Shown here: piece by piece, positions 16,401 through 28,400 of the stretch
How positions within the stretch are numbered: position 1 is the first letter of the stretch
Layout of the letters: each line of letters begins with the position of its first letter
Virus record (IMG/VR): IMGVR_UViG_3300037359_000088
Location: 1 to 37,225 of that record
DNA length: 37,225 nt
Direction: 5' to 3' (one strand)
From: a virus
Taxonomy: Duplodnaviria; Caudoviricetes
Notes under the pieces: generated by a model
The model's database searches: none
What the model was told of the DNA's origin: nothing
The model's input: the letters and a program-made list of their open reading frames with translations, nothing else
Made by a program: the position numbers and the translations under genes

Positions 16401-19400
16401 CCCGCGCTGATGGCTTCGGGGCTGGCTCGCGGCTCGTCTTTCCAGCTTCGGGCTACGATATCCCGAGTCGCTTCGGGAGAGGCGACATTGTGCAGGTTGA
16501 CGCGCACCTCCATCAACGCTCCGCCCTTCTTCGGGTCCATGAACTCCTCGTCTCGGGCGAACCCGGCGGCCGTACCTTGCTCCTTGGCAAGGTAAACGCC
16601 GTCTCCGTACATGCGTCCCGTTGTCGCACGCAGTGTCGGATCGAAGCCATTCTCCTCGATCGACTTCTCAGCCTTGAGGGACGTGCCGTGCCAGAACGTA
16701 CCGATCTCGGAGCCCGACGACGTCGACCGCGTCTTGGCAATCCACGCGTCGGCCTCGTCCGAAGTCATAACCGGCTTCCACTCCGGGCCTTCTTCGGCCA
16801 GCTTGGCTGCACCCGTGACCGCCTTCTCCGGTTCCGTGACGGCCTTCACAGTGAGGATCACGGTCGGATTTTCGCCCTCCGAGTGCAAATAGCGATCTAA
16901 GCCAGTGGCCTCGTCCGAAGCTGCCGACGCCCCGGAAAGCACCTCGACATGGGTCACCTCCAGCTTCTGACCTACGAGCCACTCACTCTCGCCCGTACTT
17001 GAGAGGGCTGCGATGTCCAGCGCTCTCGCCCCACCAGTGTCGAGCGTGATCTTCACTCCGCCTTTACCCATGAACAGACGGATGTAATCCTCGTCCGAGC
17101 TGAACGACGCCGCCGTGCCGATGTAGTCGCCGTCAATCACGGCGCCCACCTGCATGTGGGTGAACCTCTCAATCATAGCGAAGTCCGTACCCTCCGCTCC
17201 TTGACCTGGCTGGGTGAACCGCATCCCGCGAAACAGCGGCACGTCATTCCGTGGGGCTTCTTGAACAGTCTTGAACAGGAACTGAGCCGCCTCGTCCGGG
17301 TTCGCCCGCATGGCGGCAATCTTCGCCATGCCTCTACCAGCCCATTCGTCGATACCATCTTTCAACTTCTGAGCGTCCGGATGATCCGCCATCCAGGTTG
17401 CCACCCGGTCGTCAAGCTCCTGTACCTCTTCTGTGCTCCCCCGAGTCAGATGGCTACCCTGCCACTTCAATCGGCTACCCTGCCACTTATCGCTGGAAGC
17501 ACTCAGATCATTCAGAGCCGAGGCTAGATCAGCTGGCGTCTCCTCGGCCAACTTGGCGGCACCGATGGCTGGCGCCTCGGTCAACGCTTTGGCGGGCTTG
17601 AGCTGGACCGTGACAATCGTAGCTGAGTGAGTGAATCCGCCCGCTCTCGGAACATCCCCGGTCCGAACAGACAGAACCTCGAACTGAGAATCACGTGGGA
17701 GCAGGGCCTCAGCTTCGTTCTGGAAATCCATCCTGATCGGAAGCGCCGCCGATCCCTTCGGCAGCCGAACCTCTATGAGCACGCTGTTGGAACCGCTTGC
17801 CCAGTTCGATGAGAATGACCTATCAAGCGAAGTCGAGACGAACCCTTTATCGCTGATGATCTGACCTGGCTTCAGGTCGTGCCAGACGATCTTCTCACCA
17901 CCAACAAGCGTCGTGTCCTCTGCCTGCAGCCCACGCCATGCGGTCAGGTCCTCCGTCGTGTGCGTGTCAGCGATCACCTTGTCCAGTTCAGCGACATTCT
18001 TGTAGAACGCCGGTTGCTGAAGCGTCTCGGTACCAGGCTTCCATTGTGACGGATCTCGGAGCAGCCGGTCGTAAGTCTGCCCAGCCCTGTAGTAGTCATC
18101 AACGGCCTTCTCGGCATCACCGACCTTGGCAGTCATGCCAATCTCAAGACCACGCCCCTCGAACAGCCTATCTATGGCTGCGCGCTGCGCGTCTTTGGCC
18201 GCCCGTCGATCTGCTGCCAGGGAGCCAAGCGGGAGCACCTGCCAATCCTCTGGCTTCGGGAACTCCTCGGGGGCCAGCTTGGCGGCACCGATGGCTGGCA
18301 CCTCGGTCAACGCTTTGGCGTCACGTATCTTCTCCAGCCGGGCGGTCGTATCGTCAAACGCCTGGCTCCACGGCACGACGGCAGGCGGCCAGCCTCTGCT
18401 AAACGACCCGGCCGCCTCGAAGTCTGGGCGAAGTGGCTCGATAGCGTCGATCATCCCCTGGACGTCAACAGCCGAAATCTTCGGCGTGGCCATAGCCAAG
18501 TCAAACAAAGGATCGGCCTTGTCGGGCCTCAAATCCTCAAACGTCCTGCCGTGGTCGATCCCGACCAGGGTTTTCCCGTCATCGACCAGCAACACATTGG
18601 CAACGTTCCGGTCGCCGTTCGCCACCGCATAATCGAAAACCCTGAGCCGCTGCCCGTCGATCGAGTTCCATGCCCGCGTCGTGTTCTGCGGCTTCGGCCT
18701 ACCAGTGACCGGGTCGCGCTTGCGTGGCGTGCTATCGACAAACCTCTCCGCCACCGTAGTATCGTCAACACGCACCACCGCCGGAACCGGGGCGCCCATG
18801 GCTAGACCAAGTTTCGAGGCGAGCACTTCCTGATCGGTGGTGTTCGGGAGATCACCGCCGTAGCTCACCTTCGTGACGCCGGTCGAACCGTCGGCGAACC
18901 GGACACGATAAACGTTGCCCTCAGCTCCAGAGCCGACGACCTCCCCTCTCACAATAGAACCATCTATGGCCGCACTCAGTGAGTCGACATCCTTCCAGTC
19001 TTCGGCTAGCTTGGCAGCTCCAACCAACGGCTCGGTGACCACTACGAGACTCTTCGGGTCCAGAACGACCATTATCTTGTCTATGCCCATGATCGCGTCG
19101 TGGCCGTCAGCCCTAGCCAACTCAGTCACCCTGGCAGCGTATGGTGCCTCGCCGAGCTTCAGATTTTCCTTGATGGCAGCACACATGTACTTCTTCGTCT
19201 GATCGAACGTAGTCGGGTTCTGAACATTGACCCGGATCTTCAGCACTTCACCCGGGACTTCCTTGCGAGCACCAAGACCCGCCCGACCTGGCGTCACATA
19301 TTCGGCGTAGTCCCTGGCCTGCCGTTCGCCCGGCGTGACGTACACTCCGCCACCAAAAGCCTGAACTCCGACCCCAGTCCCACCCTTAGACAAATCGAAC

Positions 19401-22400
19401 CCGGTGTCCCGGATAGAGGCAGCCGTTCCCGGGGTAGCGGTGCCGTGGTACATCAGGTCCTTGACAACGCTGTCAGATGCCCATGCGTCGGCCTCGTCCG
19501 AAGTCATAACCGGCTTCCACTCCGGGGGTGCCAGCTTGGCAGCTCCGGTAGTCGCCCGGAGGGCCTCCCGCTTGGCATCCTCGACTTCCATGAGTCGGCT
19601 GACCGAGTCGTCAAGGAATGGCACGTCAGCGCCGAAGGCGGGTTCCAGCGCCTGGAGCTTCACGATCATGGCGTGCACCTCATCAGGTGAAATGTCCTTC
19701 GTGGCCTTAACTACGTCGTCTAGCCCAACCTCCTCATACTTCTCAAACTTCAGCCCCGAGATAAACGGGCTATTGACCCCCGAGTCAGGCTGCCAGATGA
19801 TTCCATGGTCAATACCAACCGGACCGTCAGCCGTCAGAATCCAGTTGCCCTCGTTGCGGTCTGCATTGCCGACGGTCCAGTCAAACAAACCAAGCCGCTG
19901 GCCTTGCGCTGAGGCGAATGCTACCTCCCTATCATGATCTTCGACCAAAGTTCCAACAGTTCCCTTGACGAACCTCTCGGCGACAGTCCTCGGCATCCCG
20001 GGGATCAGGAGCACAGCAGGGACAGGTGCCCCCATCACGGCCCCGATCTTCGAGGCAAGCATCTCGTCGCGGGCCTGAGTGTCGCCTTCCGCTGAGCTGG
20101 TGAACCCCTTGAGCACGCCACTGGTACCGTCGGCGAACGTACAATCGTAGACATCCGCCTGTGCGCCGTCACCGATCATGTCTCCTCGGGTGATCTCTCC
20201 AGCATCAAGAGCGCTCTGGAGGGCGACCGCGTCGTGAATGTCCACTTCGGGTGCCAACTTAGCGGCACCCGTTACCGGAACTACACCCAACTTGACGTCG
20301 CGAAGCTGTTCCAGCCTACTGGTCATCTCGTCGTAAATCTGGCCGTACGACGCCTCATCGTAGGCGTAGTGGGGGAGAGGTGTCTCTAGGTGCTGATATC
20401 TGGACACGGTCCCAGCCTTAGCGAAATCTCCCTTCAGCGGCTTGATATCGTCCAGCATCTTCTGGACATCCGCTGCCGAAATGTCCGGCGTCTCCTCGAA
20501 CGCCTGACGCTTCACCACGAGGCTGACGGTGCCCGGGTTCCTGAAGACCAGGCCGTGGTCGATGCCAACTATCTTGCCGTCCGTTCCCAGCATTATGTTG
20601 GTGACGGACCGGTCATTGTTGCCGACAGCCCAGTCGAACACCTTGAGCCGCTGTCCAGCTTCAGATGCCCTGGCCGCGTCCGTGACATCCATCGGTAGAC
20701 CCTGAAATGTCGAACCAGCCACGAGGCGCTCCACGATGGCGTTCGGTGCCGAGCGCAAAGCGGCCGGAACGGGTGCTCCTATAGCCAGGCCGACCTTCGA
20801 CGCCAAGACCTCGGTCTCGCTCTCCTCTCCGCGAGTAGGCGTAAAGACCTTCTGAACACCGGTCGTGCCATCAGCGAACGTGACCTCTGTGACCGTGCCT
20901 TCGGCGCCCGAGCCGATCTCGCTGCCGACCTTGAACGCTCCGACGTCCAGCGCCTTCTGCAGAGCAGGGGCGTCGTCATAGTCAGAAGCCAACTTGGCGG
21001 CACCCTGCCACGCGGCACCGGTGACAACGCGGGCTGGACCTTCCCCGGGTCCGTACTCGACCAGCTTGAGTGAGACCTGCCGGACACCTTTGTCGTCGAC
21101 GGTGTTCGACAACACCGTGAACTTGGACATCCGGGGCAGCAACACCTCTCCTTCTTCCGCTACCCCCATCGCTCCTATCGGCAGAACGTGAGAACCCGCT
21201 GGAACCTCGATCGTGAGCAGAACCGGGTGAGGGGTTTCTCCCGCGTGCACATTGATGCCGGTAAACGACTGTGCTGAGCCCTTGTCCCACGTAGTCGAGA
21301 CAAAACCTTTGTCCATAAAGGTGTCGTCAACCTTCAGCTTACTGAGATCCCAGTCCATTCCGCGGTACACCGTGACGTCGGCCTTGGCGGTGTTGGCCGC
21401 GATGATCGCGTCCATCTTCTTGGCAATCGGGATATCCACGGTAGGATCAGAACGGCCCGGCGCCCAGTGCCAAGCGCGCAGGTTCTCGTTCCAGTCCACT
21501 CCAAAGTCCGAGTATCCCTCGATGACCTTGTCGGCGCCCGGCAGCTTCACAGCGGTGAAATCAGCCGCCGTGGCAACCTTCGCTGCCTCGGTGACCTCTG
21601 CCTTAGCCGTACGTCCTGTAAGCCTGTCGAGTGCCGCTGCATAAGTACGCAGACGTTGCTGGGCTTCAGCTGACAAATCAGAGATTCCGCCGGGCCGGTT
21701 GAACAACATGAAGGTCTCGGCATCGAACTCAAGATCATTCTTGTCAGCGGCGTATCCTGAAATGTCTTCCGAAATCAGCTTGCGAACGCGTGCCCCGCCT
21801 TTGTCTGCGTAGCCCGCTTCCTGCATGGCCTGGCGGATAAGTGATCGTTCAAGATTGACGTCTATCGGAGCAACGGCCTGAGCCATGTCCAGTCCCTGAC
21901 CAGGGATCTGTCTCATCCAGGCCGTCGAGTTCTGCATGACATGACCCATCTCGTGGATGTAAGCGTCCTCGACGCTCCTGGCTGCGTTCGTCCCTCCACG
22001 AATCGCGTCCGCTAGTTGTTCGTCGGTGAGGTTCCTAGAAATGTAAAGCACGCTCCGGGTCGTCGGATGCAGAGCAGCGCCCATTATATTCGGGCGCCCA
22101 TTCGCGTCGATGCTCCCGACACTTGCGGCTTGGCCTATCTCGCCAGGCTTATAGTCGATAGTTAGATCGTCCGACAGTCCAGGATATTTTGCATCGAGCT
22201 TGTCGATGACGCTCGTCACGGTCTTCATTGTGTCGACCGAAATATGCGCTTCGAGGTTCGAGTCAATCTTGATACCCTTAGCGACGCCCCAGGCATTGAC
22301 ATCGACCCAGTTCTCAATCTCAGCCGCCGTGGCAACCTTCGCTGCCTCTGCCTTCGCTACCTCGGCGACCAGCGGCTTTGTCTTTTCCAGATCCCTCAGG

Positions 22401-25400
22401 TCGTCCATGACATTGAGGTACTCGTCCTTCCGTCCCGCCGCCGAGAGACGCGCCTCGTACTTGTGCGAGAACTGGGACCGGAGTGTAGCAACGTCAGCCT
22501 TCGTCACCGCCGAAGCGGCGCCAGCCCTCGTGTCCTCGATGGCCTTGTCGAGTGGATCGACGACAGTGACAGCGGGCTCGGCAGGCTTCAGTGGGGGCAG
22601 GATCGAGTCCGTCGCCCTGACGGGCTTCAGAACCTCTTCTGGTTCTTTGCCTGCCACGCGCCAGTGGAACGCCTCGCCGTACAACTGGGCCGCCTTGTCC
22701 TTGGTAGCTCCTCCTGTCAGGTGCCACTCAGCCCAGCACTCGGCGTACGCCTCTTCAGGGTTCGTCTGCCCATAGGCACTCAGGCCGGTCAACTGGGCCG
22801 CTTTGGACCGCGCAGCATTGGCGTCGATCCATTCCGTGCTGAATGGCTTCAGCTTCGCCAGATCCACCGGGCTAAGGTAGTCGGGAACATTGGCCTTAAT
22901 GTTGGCCATCAGATCGTCGTACACCTGGCGGAAAACTTGGCCCTGGTGGAACAAGACCGCCGGAGTCTGGGCTGTCTCAACCCCGTCCCTCCAGCCCGAA
23001 ATATAGGACGCGTGACCAAACTCGTGGAAGATGTTGTACCGGATCTCGGTTACGTCATTCCGGGCAGGCATGTGCCAGTCCCCGGCATGTGCACCCTGCC
23101 ACGCCTTCTTCTCGTTGAGGTGGATAACGCGAGCTTCATCGCCCCTCATCATCACCCAACCCTGGGCTTCTATCTTGCCCGTCGCCGTCTGCATGATGGC
23201 GTCCTCGCGGATCTCAACCTCGATCGACGGCATCTTCTTGTCGGCAACGCCATAAACGTAGGAGATCTTGTCGCTGTACTGGTCCACGCAGTCGGCCAGA
23301 GCATCGAGGGCCGCCTGGGCGTCTCTCGCCGACGGATAAGGGTGGACACCTGAAGCGATGTGCAGGATGAGCTGTCGACCCTCTTCGTCCTGCATGGCGA
23401 ATACGGTCTTGCTGACCGCGCTCTGGTCGGGCCAGGGATCACCGTTGGGCTTCTTCGGCATGACCAGCGGGCGCATGTCGGGACTGGTAATCCCGCCTAG
23501 TATCGGTGGCTCCTTGGCCAGCTGGGCAGCGCCAGTGGTGACGCCGGGTGAAATCAGCTTCCCGCTCTCATCCTCATAACCCATGTACGTCAGATGAGCG
23601 CTGCTATCGCCGACCGAGTCCACCCGAAACACCGAATCGCGTGGGAGCAGAAACTCGTCCTCTCTGTCCAGCGTGGTCTGAGACACCAACCATTTCCCGC
23701 CGAGGGCGTCCTTCAATACCGCACCCGGAGTACCGACCGGCAAGTCGATCGTCAAACCTGTATTACCGAACAGGCTGTACGTCCCCGGGGACGAAACCGC
23801 CCTTGCAAAATCGGGATCTCTCGACGTCGACACGTACGCCTTATCCCGGAAATCCTGACCCACCTTCATCTTCTTGAGCACCGACAGGTCGACGCATCTC
23901 GAAACAGTCATCGGTTCGTCGGTCGTATCCTTCAGGACGGCTCGATCCAAGACAGCCACATCCGGCTTCTTTCCGTCGCGAAGCTCCTGGTTAATCTGGA
24001 AGTAGCTCTCCGGATCGTTCGAACTAGAGGCATAACCTGCCAGGGCCTTAAGCTCATCGTCGCCATACTCTGGAGCCAGCTTGGCCGCGCCAGAGACCGA
24101 AACGGATGGCTCCACGGTGACATACCAGATGCTGTTCTTGTACTCGGCGCTCGTAACCACCATTGACTGCGAGGCCAGCAGAACTTCCTTTTCCTCGGGA
24201 TAGGTGGACCATTCGGCCACGTCACGACCGACTACTTGCCCGTTAGTGGTGAAAATCACCTTGTTGACACCGGCGCCGTAAGCGGCAACCCTGTCCCTGT
24301 CGGCGGTGAAAGACGTCATCGGCGCCGTCAGGTCGACGTGTGCGCCTACGACCGGAGCGTCGCCGAACATCCTCTCAAAGCCATCGTCGTCGAGACCGAG
24401 CGAGCGGTAGACGGGCCCGTCATAAGTGCCACCGCGAACCCAGGCGGCGGCAGCGTCCATCTGCTTAGGCTTGATAGGAACGCCCCAGTCGCCACCCTTG
24501 GCCGTGTAGTGCTTGATGCCAGCTATCGCATCGGCGCCCGGTCCCCCGGCAACCGACACGACTTCTGGCTTCGGAACCGATGGCTTCGGAACCGATGGCT
24601 TCGGGACGGCGGGCTTTGCCTCAGGAGGTGAAACGACCGTCCCATCGCCCCGGTCGTAGCCCGTGTATGTCGCATGAACATTGCCGTCCGCATCCACCGA
24701 GTCAATCCTGAACGTCGAGCCATGTGGGAGTAGCAGTTCCTGCTCGCTCTCGCGGGACATCTCTTCCGGAACGTCTCGGTATTTCTGGTCCAAGGTGGGC
24801 ATCCACGCTCCCGGCGTCCCGGTCGGCAAGTCGATGATCATCTTGTAGTCGTGCTCCGGATTTCCCCACACAAAGTCGAGGTCTCTCGATGTCGAGACGT
24901 ACGCCTTGTCTGTGAACGTCTGGCCAGCCTCCAACGCGATCCGGTTGCCGTGAGCGTCGTTAAAGCCCATCCACCGGAGAACCGTCACCGGCTCGGTAGT
25001 CGTGTTCTTCGCTATAGCGCTGTCCAGGGGCGCTAAAGTCCGAGCCGACGTCCAGGCCGAGGACTCGCCCTCGCGTAGCGCCTCATTGATGTGCTGAAAA
25101 GTCACATCCTGGTAGTCCGACAGAGCGTAAACCTCGTCTTGAGTCCAGGCCCTATCGGTAACTGGAGCCAGCTTGGCGGTGCTCGCCACGGGCACCGCGG
25201 GCTTGGCGAGCTTCTCTGGCACAAAGGGCGTGATCCGTTCGTCGGGCTTCAGCACGTCGGCCAGCTTGGCCACCTCTGGCTCGGCCGCCTCCTCGACCGG
25301 CTTGATGCTGGCTGCCATCCTATCGAGCGTGTTCTTGTCGAAGTACCTGTCAATCACTCCAGGAATAACCAGGTGACCCTTGTCCTTGCCATAGATCTTC

Positions 25401-28400
25401 GCTCCAGCGGCACGCTGGACTGCCGTGGCAGCCGTGCTCCGTTCCAGATCTTCCTGCGCCGCCCGTACCGCGTCCGGGTGAGCGTTGGCTATGCCCTGGA
25501 GCACCCGGTTCTGAACGTCCGAGTCCTCCCCAGCTTTCAAGTCGTACGTGCGGCCGACCGTGACGATGTTCTCCTCATCGAACACGACGATCACGTTGTC
25601 GGCGGTCAGGGAGTCGTAACCGAGTGCCCGCGCCTTCGCCGTCACATTCTCGGCGTATTTCAACTGCTCGGCTCCGGTGCCGAACCAGCTAAAGCCGGGA
25701 CCCATCTCCTTCACTGTCTCGCTCATCAACCGCTGCGTGACCCCGGCCGGGGCCGGGTTCTTGATGTTGAGCCGCAGCTCCAGCATGTCGGTACCATAAG
25801 ACTGGACGTCCTCGGGCAGCTCTCCCGTGTAGACGCCTACCCCCATCGAAGCGCCCGTCGTCGACTTGCGCGACAGATCGAACCCGGACTCCCTAACACC
25901 CCTTGCCCCGGCCTTCGTCGTCGCATGGAACACAGGGGTCTGCCGAACCGAGTCGGCTGCCCATGCGTCGGCCTCGTCCGGAGTCATAACCGGCTTCCAC
26001 TCCGGGGTTTCCTCGGCCAGCTTAGCGGCACCCGCGACCGGCTCGGCTGCTACGGAGAACGCCTCAGCTGACCGCTCCTTGAAGTTGTCCTCGGCGTCCT
26101 TGAGTTTAGCGAGGATCGTGTCGTATTCTGAACTCCTGCCTGCCGCCGCAAAGTCTGTCTCGTACTGCTCGAAGTCCTCCCTCATATCCGTGATCGCGTT
26201 CACGGTGGGCTTTCCGCTGGCGCCCCACCCGTGCGTAAGGTTGTATGGGAGGTTCCTGTTTATCTTCTCGATCTCTTTGTCGAGGTCCTCCACCTTCGAC
26301 GGAAGCCACTTCGGTAGCGGCGCCTCTTCAGCCAGCTTGAGTGGCTCGGCGGCTTCTTCGGTCAACCGGACCGTGACCTGCTGGACTCCGCTCTTGTCAA
26401 CCTTGATCGAAAGCACCTCAAAGGCTTGGCCTCGTGGAAACAGGACTTCGTTTTCTTCACCACCCAGTGCCAAAGCGGTAGAACCCTTCGAGACCTGGAT
26501 CGTGACCAGTGCCGGATGCTCGGAGCCAAGGTACTCGAACGCCTCTGCGTTCTTCTTGACCAGCGAGGTAGAAACAAACCCGTCATCCCGGAACGTAGCT
26601 CCGACCTTCAGATTGCTGAGATCGAGATCCATTCCTCGAAACAGGGTCACGTCCTCCTTAGTGCTGCTGTCCGCTATCGCCTTGTCAAGCGGAGCGCACA
26701 CCTTGAGTAGGGCGGTTCGTTCCTTGCGCGTACCAACCCTCAGGATCTCGTTCCAATCACTCCCACCTGGCCCGCTGACCGCAATACCACTTTCATCGGC
26801 CGTCACCTGACCGGCCTCGCCCCTGTACCCCTCAACAGCCCGCTCGGTCTTCGCGTCAAACTCCGCTTCGTTCCGAGGCCCAGAGAACGTACCGGTAAAC
26901 AGGCGGGACATCTCTTCCTGAGTAGGGCCTTCTTCGGCCAGCTTGGCTGCACCCGTGACCGCTTCTCTTGTGACCTTGCCATCCACCACTGCCTGGAAAC
27001 GGGCCATCATTTCCTTGTAGGCATCTTCGCCGTAGGTGTTGCCCATCCGTACGGCCACGAAATCCGGCTCCAGCGCCTTGACCTTGACGATCATCGTCCG
27101 GACATCCTCAGCCGAAATGTCCGGCGTAGCGGCGAAGATGGCTTTGATCGTCCCGGCGTCGACAGACGGGACGTTATCGCCAGAGACGAAGACATTCCCG
27201 TACCGTGCGCCCGCGTCGCCGTGACTCCAGCAAATGCCGTGGTCGATACCAACCGGCCCATCTTTGGTCAGTATCCAGTTCGACGGGTTCCGGTCCGAGT
27301 TGCCGATGACGTAGTCAAACAGGGCGAGCTTCTGACCTCCAGAGGATGCTATCGCCTCTTCCCTGTCCATCCGGGTTTCTATGCCACCACCTGAGATGGC
27401 TGAGGCGAAGCTGCGCCAAAACTTCGGATCAGAGCCGTTCGTGCCCTCTACCAGACGCATAACCACACTGTCAAGGTTCTCGGGCGGCGGTGTCTCAACA
27501 ACCCTACCTGTGAATCTTGCAAGCCCGCCCGGGAAGTTATCGTCTATAGCCTCGACAACGTGAGCATCTGAGGTAGCACGGGATACGGGAACCCCGAACG
27601 TATCCGACAGCCAGTCCCGCGCTTCATTGAGCTGTGCATCGGTCAGTGCGACCTGCCCGGGTCGGACCACCACCGCTGCCCGGATGACGGCCGGTACCGG
27701 GGCGCCCATAGCCACGCCTACCTCAGAAGCAAGTACCTCGCTGTCGATCTTTTCGTCGTGATAGCCCTTCGGGCCAAAGAAGTCTTTGATGACTCCCGTC
27801 GAGCCGTCACCGAACTTGATCTCGGTGACCTTGCCCTCAACACCGTGACCCAGCTCCGTTCCGCGACTCACGATTCCGGAGTCAAGTGACACCTCCAGGG
27901 CGCTACGGTCGCTGATGTCCTCGGCGAGTTGGGCGGCGGCCACGAACGGCTTACCCGCGATTACCGCCTCCGTCTTGAGCTTCTCATCTCGGATGAAGCC
28001 GAGATACGCGTTCACGTGGACGTCGACGTTCGGGATCTTGGCGACGCTGTCCATCATCTGCTGGATGTCGGCAGCCGAGATATCGGGTAGGACCTTGGCG
28101 ACAGACTCTACGGCATCGGCAGCACCTGCCGGTAAGAACGGTGTGTAGCAAGTCTCGCCGTATGAGAATGAGAACCCGTGGTCGATGCCAACCGGACCAT
28201 CCGTCGTCATGATCCAGTTCGACGGGTTGCGGTCAGTGTTGCCGATGACGTAGTCGAACAGTCCAAGCCGCTGGCCCGCCGGACTCTTCAGCAGGTCTTC
28301 CTCAGCCTTGTCGGCTACGGCGTGGAAGTCTACCCTCCAGTCCCCTCCGCCCTTCGCCAGTTGTAGTCGGTGCCAGGCATTCCCATCCGGACCCTCGACG

